Positions 19,505-27,343 of a stretch of DNA of 37,804 bases are shown here, one piece after another. Each line of letters starts with the position of its first letter. The stretch's first letter is position 1. The DNA lies in NCBI GenBank assembly GCA_040905425.1, contig JBBDRO010000052.1, positions 1 through 37,804 on the forward strand. The letters are read 5' to 3'. Origin of the DNA: Gemmatimonadota bacterium. GTDB taxonomy: Bacteria > Gemmatimonadota > Gemmatimonadetes > Longimicrobiales > RSA9. The position numbers and the translations under genes were made by a program. Under the pieces are notes generated by a model. It searched no databases and was not told where the DNA came from. It saw only the letters and a list, made by a program, of their open reading frames with translations.

Positions 19505-19637
19505 GGCCATCCTCCTTGCTGGTGGTGTTCCCGGCGTTCGAGACTTTCATTGCACGCCCGCTCAGGTCAGCCACCGCGCAATGCTCGCACGCCTCCGTTG
19601 GGTACAACCTGGATGGTTCGCAACCGAACCGCCATTC

Positions 19638-19670
19638 GCAAAATCTTAGCAAATCATCAGCAAAACATTA
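19638..19670 (-). promoter_or_regulatory. Three tandem 11-bp direct repeats, candidate OmpR/PhoB-type operator
   Basis: Plus strand GCAAAATCTTA GCAAATCATCA GCAAAACATTA, upstream of the peptide gene and overlapping the regulator's stop codon. Confidence 0.6.
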
Positions 19671-20360
19671 GTCATCGCCGAGAGGTCGCGATTCTGCCGC
19701 CGACGGGCGCCAGAAGTAGCCGCGGCCGCGGACGGTGCCGATCGTGCCCTCGAGACCGATCGACCTGAGCTTCCTTCGTAGATGGCTGACGTGATACGGC
19801 ACGGCGTTCGTGAACCATGCCTTGCGGTGCCACACCGCGGACTTGAGCTCAGCTTGCGAGCAGGGGCGCCCTCCCGCCGCGATGAGCGCCTCCAGAACCT
19901 CGAATTCCTTCGGCTGGAGCGCCACGGAGCCGCCAGGTGCCGTCACCGTGCGCATGGATGAATCGAGTCTGATGCCGGCACCCGCCTGTCCGCCGTGCCG
20001 CGCATCACGCAAGCGGGCCTTGATGCGTGCCAGAAGTGGCCCCGTGTCGCCGGTTTTGACAACGAAGTCGTTCGCGCCGGCGGCGAATGCGTCGATCCTG
20101 TTTTTGCCCTCGCCGTGCGCTGTGAGCACCATGATCTGGAAGCGGTGGCCGGCCGCTCTCAGGTCCCTGATCAAATCTATGCCCCATCGATCCGGAAGCT
20201 CGAGATCGACGAGCGCCAGGTCGGGCGGCCGCGCGCTGATCGCCTCCTCGGCGGCGTCGGCCGTGGGGGCGATGGACGCAGCGTAGCCCACCTCCCGGAG
20301 GTTCACCTGAAGCCCCCAGGCGAAGTTGCCCTCATCCTCGACAATGAGAATCCGATGCAT
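19668..20360 (-). CDS. OmpR/PhoB-family response regulator (orphan)
   Basis: ILIVEDE, LVDLELP, VLTA, FVVK; winged-helix LQPKEFEVL, HVSHLRRKL, IGTVRGRGY; GGAGGG RBS. Confidence 0.9.
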   Translation of the reverse strand: MHRILIVEDEGNFAWGLQVNLREVGYAASIAPTADAAEEAISARPPDLALVDLELPDRWGIDLIRDLRAAGHRFQIMVLTAHGEGKNRIDAFAAGANDFVVKTGDTGPLLARIKARLRDARHGGQAGAGIRLDSSMRTVTAPGGSVALQPKEFEVLEALIAAGGRPCSQAELKSAVWHRKAWFTNAVPYHVSHLRRKLRSIGLEGTIGTVRGRGYFWRPSAAESRPLGDD

Positions 20361-20546
20361 GTCCCTCCGGTGCTTCGGGAGGCCGCGCACAAGCATCCGG
20401 CAATGTTGACGGCACCGCGAGGGTTCGCGCGGTCACGGAGCGGATTTCTTTGGCAGGTTTGAGCGGCAGGCCGGGCCCGCGCGTATGCGGACCCTAATCC
20501 AGGGCGCCCCTGGAGGCAAGGCTTCGTGGGGACCGGACGCCCCCCA

Positions 20547-20831
20547 GCGGCTACCCGCCCCCCACCCCGCTCGTATCCGGCGGCGGCACCCGCACCCGCC
20601 GCCCCACCGGCCCGCCGCGCCGGCCGTCCCGATCCGCGTCCATCGTATCCGAATCCGCCCGCGGAATCCGGAACCGCGGCGCCCGGCGAAGTCCTGCAGC
20701 CATGGGCGCACGCGGGCGGCGCCCTCCACACCCTCGGTGCGCTTCCTGGCCCACTCCATGGCGGCGAAGACGATGTCGTACGGGTTGGCGTTGGGGTGCT
20801 GGATGCCGTAGGAGCCGCGCGCGTAATGCGA
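20547..20831 (-). pseudogene. 3' fragment of a second allele of the DUF4015-like glycoside hydrolase gene
   Basis: 20688-20831 matches 23723-23866 with 12 substitutions, all synonymous. 20547-20687 matches 23458-23586 with in-frame indels. The ~136 bp in between is deleted. Confidence 0.9.
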
Positions 20832-20975
20832 CCTCATGAACGGCTGGGAAATCGAAACGCCTGAACCCGCCGTGGTGGACGTCATGTTACGCGTAGCTGA
20901 CGGCCGCATGGACCGCGACGGCCTGGCTGCCTGGCTACGTTCCGTGCTCGTCCCCTTCGTGGATTAGCCCCGAGC
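20832..20975 (+). repeat. 144-bp direct repeat, right copy (doc 3' remnant)
   Basis: Identical to 15316-15459. Confidence 0.95.
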
Positions 20976-21032
20976 CGGGCCCGGGCGCTCGCGGCGCGCC
21001 CCCGACGCACCGTTCCCGGCGTTGCCCTGACG

Positions 21033-23333
21033 CTACGCGTCACCGCCAGCCAGCGAGTCGCGCAGTGCCCGTGCCTCGGCGGCCGGACCGAACCCGGGAT
21101 CCGCCGGCTCCCAGACGCCAAGCGCCCGGTCCAACTCCACGACCGCCGCGGCGGCGCGCCCCCGCTCGGCAAGGATGCGTGCCAGCTCCACGCGCGCCGC
21201 GGGGTCCGCCGGGCGGCGGCGCAACGCCTCCCCCACCTCCCGCTCCGCTTCCTCGAGCCGCTCCATGCCCCGCAGCGCCTCGGCCAGAAGGGTGTGTGTG
21301 GCAATGGCCGTGGGATCGAGGCGGATTTCCTCCCGGAACTCCTCGGCGGCCGCGTCCCAGGCGCCGCGCATAAGATGGGCGCGGCCCCGGCCGTTGTGGA
21401 CGATGTGGCGGAAGATCTCGTAGCCCAGCGTGGCGATCATGCGCTCCATCCCAACGGCCGCCGCCTCCGCGGCGTCCGGATTGCCCAGCTCCAGTGCCAT
21501 GCCCAGCTCACCCATGGGAATGAACATGTCCCACGGGGAGGTGAGTTCGGCGCGCGCACGCTCGACGATGGCGCGAGCGCCCGCCGTGTCCCCCGCCTGT
21601 ACGTGGAGATCCACGGCGCCCAGGCGCTCGGCCGCCACGAGGACGGGTGCGTTGAACTCCGCGGAGGCCTGCAGCGCCGCCTCGGTGCGCTCCAGCGCCG
21701 CGCGCATCTGGCCGCGCAACGCCAGTCGCTTGGCCCACGCCGAGTGCACGAGCGAACGGTCCTGGGGCGTGCGCGCCGCCTGCTCCGCGCGGGTCAGTTC
21801 GGCGTCCGCGTCCGCCCACCGCTCCCGGTACGCGGCCACCTCGGCCAGCTTCAGCTGCGTGGCAACGTCGCCAGGCTTGAGCGTCAGCGCCTGCTCATAC
21901 TGGGCGGCGGCGTCAGCCAGCTGGCCCTGCACGGCGTGGAGATCCCCCAGCGAGACACGGCCTCGATGATCCTCGGGGAACGCATCGGTATAGCGTTCGA
22001 AGGAAGCCAGTGCTCCCGCAAAGTCCCCGTTGGCCTGTTGTAGCGCGCCGATCTGCTGGAGCGTCTCGAGCTGGCCGTCATCCAGAGCCAGGATGGTCTG
22101 CAAGCTCTGGATGGCCCCCGCCCGGTCGTCGCGCACGAGCTGCACCTGGGCGCGCGCCTGATGCGCCAACAGGTCCTCGGGGAAGACCTCCACCCACATG
22201 TCCAGCACGGCGAAGGCACGCGGCGCCTGCTGGTTGATGAAATAGTAGTCGGACTTGACCATGAACTGCATGCGCTCGGGCATGCGGTAGAGGTTGTCCA
22301 TGGCCGCCTGGATGGGTGCCACCGCCTCCGCCGAACGGCCCGCGAAGAGGTTCACCTGCGCCAGGGCATACTGCGCTTCGGCAAAGGCGGGATCCAGTTC
22401 CACGGCGTGCGCGAGCGCCTCCCCCGCGGCCGCCCAGTCGTCGCGCACGTGGATGGCCACCACGGCTTCCACGTAGCTCTGATACGCCTCCGCCGAACTG
22501 GTGAGGAGCTCCCGCGCGGGCAGGTCCGGCGCGTCCGGCCGGGGCTGCACATCCAGGGCGTCCTTGATGAAGACGCTCATGGAATCCGTCAGCGTGAGCA
22601 CGTCCCGACCGGCGAAGGTCCGCTCCGCCACAAGGCCGCCGTCGGCCGTTTCGTGCAGGCGGAGGGTCGCGCGGACGAGGTCATCCTCTCGCGCCACGCT
22701 GCCGTTCAGGAAGTACTGCCGGTGCTGCTGCCCGGCCACCTCCCGTTGCAGGGTGAGCGGCACGCCGGTGAGCTCGGTGAAGCCCGCCTCGCGGAGCCGG
22801 TCGCGGAAGAGGACGGGGATGCGCAGGTCGATGAAGGCGTCCTGCGCCAGCTCCGTGTTCAGGGCATGCACGAAGGCGTAACGCAGCCAGCCGTCCGCGG
22901 GCGCCAACTCCGGCCCGTCGAGATAGAAGAGGCCCAGCCGCTTGCGGAATTCGGCCTTCGGTACCGTCCGCGTCACCGTATTGCCGTCCTCATCCTCCAC
23001 CGTCACGGAGGTGGTAGCCGCGCCGAGCGGCTTGCCGCCGAACACGAGAACGGCGGCCAGGAGTGTCACGACCGCGTTCAGCGGCACGCCGACCTTCTCC
23101 GAGCGCACCCACTGATCCTGCCCGGGACGGCCGTGGTTCCACGCCAGGAGCACAACGCTGGGGATCATCAGCGCCGTGAGCAACAGCGCCAGGTCCACCA
23201 GGTGTGGCGAGAGCACGTAGCGCTCGGTGACGAACTGCATGAACTCGAGCAGCCCCCAGCAGGAGGCCAGGTAGATGGCCAGGATCTGCGGGACACGGCG
23301 CTCGGTCAGCATGCGCACGGCGGGGGGAAACAT
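21033..23333 (-). CDS. Membrane-anchored tetratricopeptide repeat protein (3 TM, TolB_N-like domain, TPRs)
   Basis: ERRVPQILAIYL..W N-terminal TM block; LTSSAEAYQSY; multiple TPRs (AVELDPAFAEA, ALTLKPGD, IRLDP). Confidence 0.8.
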   Translation of the reverse strand: MFPPAVRMLTERRVPQILAIYLASCWGLLEFMQFVTERYVLSPHLVDLALLLTALMIPSVVLLAWNHGRPGQDQWVRSEKVGVPLNAVVTLLAAVLVFGGKPLGAATTSVTVEDEDGNTVTRTVPKAEFRKRLGLFYLDGPELAPADGWLRYAFVHALNTELAQDAFIDLRIPVLFRDRLREAGFTELTGVPLTLQREVAGQQHRQYFLNGSVAREDDLVRATLRLHETADGGLVAERTFAGRDVLTLTDSMSVFIKDALDVQPRPDAPDLPARELLTSSAEAYQSYVEAVVAIHVRDDWAAAGEALAHAVELDPAFAEAQYALAQVNLFAGRSAEAVAPIQAAMDNLYRMPERMQFMVKSDYYFINQQAPRAFAVLDMWVEVFPEDLLAHQARAQVQLVRDDRAGAIQSLQTILALDDGQLETLQQIGALQQANGDFAGALASFERYTDAFPEDHRGRVSLGDLHAVQGQLADAAAQYEQALTLKPGDVATQLKLAEVAAYRERWADADAELTRAEQAARTPQDRSLVHSAWAKRLALRGQMRAALERTEAALQASAEFNAPVLVAAERLGAVDLHVQAGDTAGARAIVERARAELTSPWDMFIPMGELGMALELGNPDAAEAAAVGMERMIATLGYEIFRHIVHNGRGRAHLMRGAWDAAAEEFREEIRLDPTAIATHTLLAEALRGMERLEEAEREVGEALRRRPADPAARVELARILAERGRAAAAVVELDRALGVWEPADPGFGPAAEARALRDSLAGGDA

Positions 23334-23461
23334 GACGCCTCCTGCGGTGGATCGGGAACGGCCCGACGGAGGGGGCCGCTTCCAATATGGCTCGGGAGGA
23401 GGCTTGCGAGAAGAGTGACGGCTAGCTCGGCGTCACCGCGATGGACACGGCGGCCCCGCGG

Positions 23462-24868
23462 CTACCGCCCGACCCCGCTCGTATCCGGCCGCACCCGCGC
23501 CCGCCGCCCCACCGGGCCGCCGCGCCGACCGTCCCGATCCGCGTCCAACGAATCCGCGCGCGGGATCGGGAAGCGCGGCGCGCGGCCGCGCTCGGGGGCC
23601 AGCGCCTCCACCGTGTAGTTGCTGGCGGCGTTCCAGAGGATCCAGTCCTCGAAGCCGGCGTCGTAGACGGCCTCGATCTGGGCGCGCACGTACGCGGGGC
23701 CGTAGGCGGGCTCGCCCAGAGAGAAATCCTGGAGCCAGGGGCGCACGCGGGCGGCGCCCTCTACGCCCTCGGTGCGCTTGCGGGCCCACTCCATGGCGGC
23801 GAAGACGATGTCGTAGGGGTTGGCGTTGGGGTGCTGGATCCCATAGGAGCCGCGCGCATAGTGCGACGGGTAGATCATGGGCAGCAGCGCGTCCGTCTCC
23901 GTGCGCATCTTCTTCCAGTTCTGCCCGATGCCCAGGTCGTCGGCGGCGGAGGTGGTCAGGCCGAAGACATCGGCGGTCACGGGCACGCCCAGGTCGGCCA
24001 GCTGCGCGCGCGAGTAGCGCAGGAACTCGGCGATGGCGTCCTCCTTGGTGCGGCCTTCACGCGCCGGCCAGACCGCCGTCCTCATGTAGGACTGCGGCAC
24101 GTCGGGGAAGCGCACGTAGTCCCACTGCACCTCCGCGAAGCCCATCTCGATGGCCTCGCGCGCGATGGTGATGTTGTAGTCCCACACCTCGCGGTTGAAC
24201 GAATCCACCCAGCCATGGCCATTGTTGTCCTGCCAGATGGAGCCGTCCTCCTTGACGATGGACAGGTCGGGCCGCGCCTCGGCCAGCACCTCGTCACGGA
24301 AGGCCACGATGCGCGCCACGGGATAGATCCCCGCGTCGCGGATCTCCTGCAGCACGGCGCGCATGTTCGGGATGGCGTAGTGGCTGTCGGCGCCCACGCG
24401 GCGCGCCAGCGCCACCGTGGACCGGTAGGAGAGGTGGCCCACCTCCTTCACGTCGATGACGAAGGTGTTGATCTCGGTCTGCCGCGCCAGCTCGATGAGC
24501 CGCGCCCGCTTGCCGGCCGCGCCCGCCGAGTAGGCGGTCAGGTAGATGCCGCGCAACGGCTCGGGTGTGGCCATGAGCTCCGGCTGTTCGTACGTCTCCA
24601 GCCGCTCGGTGGGGCCGGGCATGGGCGGCTCGGGCTCCACCGGTTCCGTTTCAAGCGACGTCCCCGCGCCGGCCTCCGCGCCCGCGTCTTCGCTCGCGGC
24701 TGCCTCCAGGTCCAGCGCCGCAGGCGCATCCGCCGGCGGCGCCATGCGCGCGAAGGCCACCATGGCAATCACGAGCACGCCCAGCGCGCTGGCCGCGTAA
24801 CGTGGCCGGGCAAAGGGCCTGACGCGCGCCGCGAGGGCGGCTCGATCCTCGTCGCTTAAGAACTTCAC
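23462..24868 (-). CDS. Putative glycoside hydrolase (DUF4015-like TIM barrel) with N-terminal anchor
   Basis: RGIYLT, VIDVK, YPVARIVAFRD, GFAEVQWDYVRFP, PMIYPSHY, RPWLQDF, LWNA. Confidence 0.85.
   Translation of the reverse strand: MKFLSDEDRAALAARVRPFARPRYAASALGVLVIAMVAFARMAPPADAPAALDLEAAASEDAGAEAGAGTSLETEPVEPEPPMPGPTERLETYEQPELMATPEPLRGIYLTAYSAGAAGKRARLIELARQTEINTFVIDVKEVGHLSYRSTVALARRVGADSHYAIPNMRAVLQEIRDAGIYPVARIVAFRDEVLAEARPDLSIVKEDGSIWQDNNGHGWVDSFNREVWDYNITIAREAIEMGFAEVQWDYVRFPDVPQSYMRTAVWPAREGRTKEDAIAEFLRYSRAQLADLGVPVTADVFGLTTSAADDLGIGQNWKKMRTETDALLPMIYPSHYARGSYGIQHPNANPYDIVFAAMEWARKRTEGVEGAARVRPWLQDFSLGEPAYGPAYVRAQIEAVYDAGFEDWILWNAASNYTVEALAPERGRAPRFPIPRADSLDADRDGRRGGPVGRRARVRPDTSGVGR
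24646..24692 (-). repeat. ~45-bp dispersed element, copy 2 (glycoside hydrolase linker)
   Basis: Reverse complement CGAAGACGCGGGCGCGGAGGCCGGCGCGGGGACGTCGCTTGAAACGG; ~6 mismatches over 47 nt versus copy 1. Confidence 0.8.
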
Positions 24869-24937
24869 GCGGTTCCTTCCATGCTGCGGTGCTGCATTGG
24901 CCTCTCTCGGCTTTCGTGCACGGGGTGTGCCGCCGGT

Positions 24938-26398
24938 TCAGTACGTGGGCAGCGACGGGTCCACCGTGCGCGACCACTCGTTGATGCCGCCGGTCAGGTT
25001 GGCCACGCGCGGGAAGCCGCTGGCGTGGAGGTAGCGCGCCAGGGCGCCGCTCCGGCTGCCGGTGCGGCAGATGAGGACGAGCTCCTCCTCCTGGTCGAGC
25101 TCACCCAGGCGCCCCTGCAGGTCCCCCATGGGGATGTGGCGCGCGCCCACGGCCTCGAGGCTGGAGATGTCCAGCTCATGGGCCTCGCGGACGTCGATCA
25201 GCGTGGGGCGCTCACCCGCGTCCAGGCGAGCCTTCAGCTCCGCCGGGGTGAGCTCCCGATGACCATTGGGCTCCGTGGTTTCCGCCATTTCTTCCTCCTT
25301 CAGTCCGCAGAACAGGTCGTAGTCGATGAGTTCGGTGATCGTCGGATGGTCCCCGCACGCGGGGCACTCCGGGTTGCGCTGGAGCTTCAGCTCGCGCCAG
25401 CGGAAGCGCAGCGCGTCGAAGAGCGCCAGCCGCCCGGCCAGCGTCTCGCCGATGCCCAGGATGAGCTTGATGACTTCGAGCGCCTGCACGCTGCCGATGA
25501 TGCCGGGCAGCACGCCCAGCACGCCGCCCTCGGCGCAATTGGGTACCAGACCGGGCGGCGGTGGTTCCCGGAAGAGGCAGCGGTAGCACGGGCCGGTGCG
25601 GCCGTCGAAGACCGAGGCCTGCCCCTCGAAGCGGTAGATCGAACCGTAGACGTAGGGCTTCTTCAGCAGCACCGCGGCGTCGTTGGCCAGGTAGCGCGTG
25701 GGAAAGTTGTCCGTGCCGTCCAGGATGACGTCGTAGTTCTCGAGGATGCCCAGCGCGTTGGCCGAGGTGAGCCGCGCGGGGTGCCGCTCGATATGGACGT
25801 GCGGGTTGGTTTCGTGCAGTCTCCTGGCCGCACGGGCCACCTTCGGCGCGCCGAGGTCGTCGGTGCCGTAGAGGATCTGGCGCTGCAGGTTGGTGAGGTC
25901 CACCACGTCGTCGTCGATGAGGCCGAGGGTGCCCACGCCCGCGGCGGCCAGGTAGAGGGCGGCGGGCGAACCCAGCCCGCCCGCGCCGATCACCGCTACG
26001 CGCGCCGCCTTGAGGCGCTTCTGCCCCTCCCAACCCACCTCGGGCAGGGTGATGTGGCGGGCGTAGCGAGTGATCTCGTCGCGCTCCAGGCCTTCGTGGA
26101 GGGCGGGCGGCGAGCCGCCGGCGATGCTCGGGATGATCATGATTGTGTCCCCCTCCCCCAGGAGCGTGGCGTCCTGGCGTGGCAGCGTGCGCACCTCGTC
26201 CTCGTTCAGGAAGACGTTCACGTAGCCGCGCAGGGCGCCGTCCTCGGTGAAGAGGTGGCGGCGCAGGCGCGGGTATTCGCGCGCGAGGGCGTCCAGCGCG
26301 TCCTTCACCGTGCCGGCGCTCACGCAAACCTCGGTGGCGCCGTCGGCCAGGGGGCGGAGCGGCGTGGGGAGGTGGATGGTGGCGGCGGTGGTGCTCAT
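24938..26398 (-). CDS. moeB: MoaD/CysO-like ubiquitin-fold + MoeB (E1) + rhodanese fusion protein
   Basis: N-terminal LPTPLR...YVNVFLNED...IIPSIAGG; RYARH, GAGGLG, NLQRQ, CYRC, CPAC; C-terminal IDVRE and CRTGSRS. Confidence 0.92.
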   Translation of the reverse strand: MSTTAATIHLPTPLRPLADGATEVCVSAGTVKDALDALAREYPRLRRHLFTEDGALRGYVNVFLNEDEVRTLPRQDATLLGEGDTIMIIPSIAGGSPPALHEGLERDEITRYARHITLPEVGWEGQKRLKAARVAVIGAGGLGSPAALYLAAAGVGTLGLIDDDVVDLTNLQRQILYGTDDLGAPKVARAARRLHETNPHVHIERHPARLTSANALGILENYDVILDGTDNFPTRYLANDAAVLLKKPYVYGSIYRFEGQASVFDGRTGPCYRCLFREPPPPGLVPNCAEGGVLGVLPGIIGSVQALEVIKLILGIGETLAGRLALFDALRFRWRELKLQRNPECPACGDHPTITELIDYDLFCGLKEEEMAETTEPNGHRELTPAELKARLDAGERPTLIDVREAHELDISSLEAVGARHIPMGDLQGRLGELDQEEELVLICRTGSRSGALARYLHASGFPRVANLTGGINEWSRTVDPSLPTY

Positions 26399-26799
26399 GG
26401 CGTCAGCTCGTCGAAGCCGCTGCGATCCTCGCGCAGGCGCCAGGCGCGAAGTTCGTGGCCCTCCGCTCCAGCGATGACATAGATGAGACCGGGCAGCGCC
26501 CATTCCAGGTCGGTGGCCGACGGTGCGGCGCCCGCCCCCTCCGGATGGGAGTGGTAGTAGCCGACCACCTCCGCGCCCTGTTCGGCTGCCGCTGCCTCGA
26601 GTTCGCGGACCGCTTCAGGCCCCATGCGGAAGGCGTGCAGGGTGTCCTCCGCCTCGTTGCTCGCCGGGAGGGCGCAGGCCACCTTGGTGCCGCCGGCGTT
26701 GTCGGCCACGCCTACCAGCGCGCCGCAGCATTCCGCCGGCCACGCCGCGGCGGCCGCCGCCCGAATGGCAGCGCGCACCGCAGGCGCCATACGCAGCAT
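26395..26799 (-). CDS. JAB/JAMM (M67, Mec-like) metallopeptidase
   Basis: PAECCGAL, GYYHSHP....PSATD; ATGA overlap with the moeB fusion; start position uncertain. Confidence 0.88.
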   Translation of the reverse strand: MLRMAPAVRAAIRAAAAAAWPAECCGALVGVADNAGGTKVACALPASNEAEDTLHAFRMGPEAVRELEAAAAEQGAEVVGYYHSHPEGAGAAPSATDLEWALPGLIYVIAGAEGHELRAWRLREDRSGFDELTP

Positions 26800-26991
26800 G
26801 GCCTGGCCGGGGAGAGATTTGCTAATCACATCCGGAAGATAGCGCCGGGCAACGGGTTGGGTCCACGCCCCGGGGGTGCCGCGCAGGGGTGGCGAGTCGC
26901 ACGCTGTGCATACGGCTGTGTACTGGGCGCGGGCCGGAATACGCGCCGAATAAAGACGCGATACGGCGGGCGCACGCGGGTGATGGCGCGC

Positions 26992-27077
26992 CGGAGCGCG
27001 GCCGGCGCGGCGGAGCGCGGCCGGCGCGGCGGAGCGCGGCCGGCGCGGCGGAGCGCGGCCGGACGCGGCGGAGCGCG
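26992..27077. repeat. 19-bp tandem repeat (CGGAGCGCGGCCGGCGCGG), ~4.5 copies
   Basis: Units at 26992, 27011, 27030, 27049 (+1 nt) and a partial unit at 27069. Confidence 0.9.
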
Positions 27078-27136
27078 CGGGATCGCGCGGGGGTGCGTGT
27101 CGCTCGGAGCTTCGGCAGAGTCCGCCGCGTGGTTGA

Positions 27137-27164
27137 GCCAAAATACTTTATAAAATATTTTGGC
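27137..27164. promoter_or_regulatory. 28-bp AT-rich near-perfect palindrome
   Basis: GCCAAAATACTTTATAAAATATTTTGGC, one mismatched pair, between divergent genes. Confidence 0.6.
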
Positions 27165-27343
27165 GGCCGGCCGGGCCGGACCGTGCGTCTGTGCCGAGCG
27201 TGCCAGCACCTGCCTTACGACGCTCATCCCCGAGACGCCGCCCATCGAGGTGGCTCAGGGCGCCGGAAGCAGGCCGGCCCGCTTCATGCCTATCACGCCA
27301 CCGGAATCGTGCATGCCACTCGCATCAGCACAAGGAGATGATG

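Larger units (their letters stand above)
15460..20975. mobile_element. Accessory island bracketed by a duplicated doc 3' end; no integrase or transposase inside
   Basis: 144-bp direct repeats, visibly lower GC around 17030-20400, decayed genes, and a foreign-allele fragment of a neighbouring core gene. Confidence 0.6.

Noticed and set aside
20688..20975. Both adjacent duplicated segments measure 144 bp
   Set aside because: Boundaries are uncertain by a few bases and one is set by an internal deletion; treated as coincidence
20547..23866. Diversity-generating retroelement template/variable repeat pair
   Set aside because: Differences are synonymous and not adenine-specific, the other repeat pair is identical, and there is no reverse transcriptase in the window
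26992..27077. CRISPR array or coding repeat
   Set aside because: Head-to-tail units without spacers; a 19-bp period breaks reading frames; the overlapping long ORFs are low-complexity artefacts
27137..27164. dif site or replication origin
   Set aside because: No recognisable XerD arm (TTATGTTAAAT-like) and no DnaA boxes or origin-linked genes nearby
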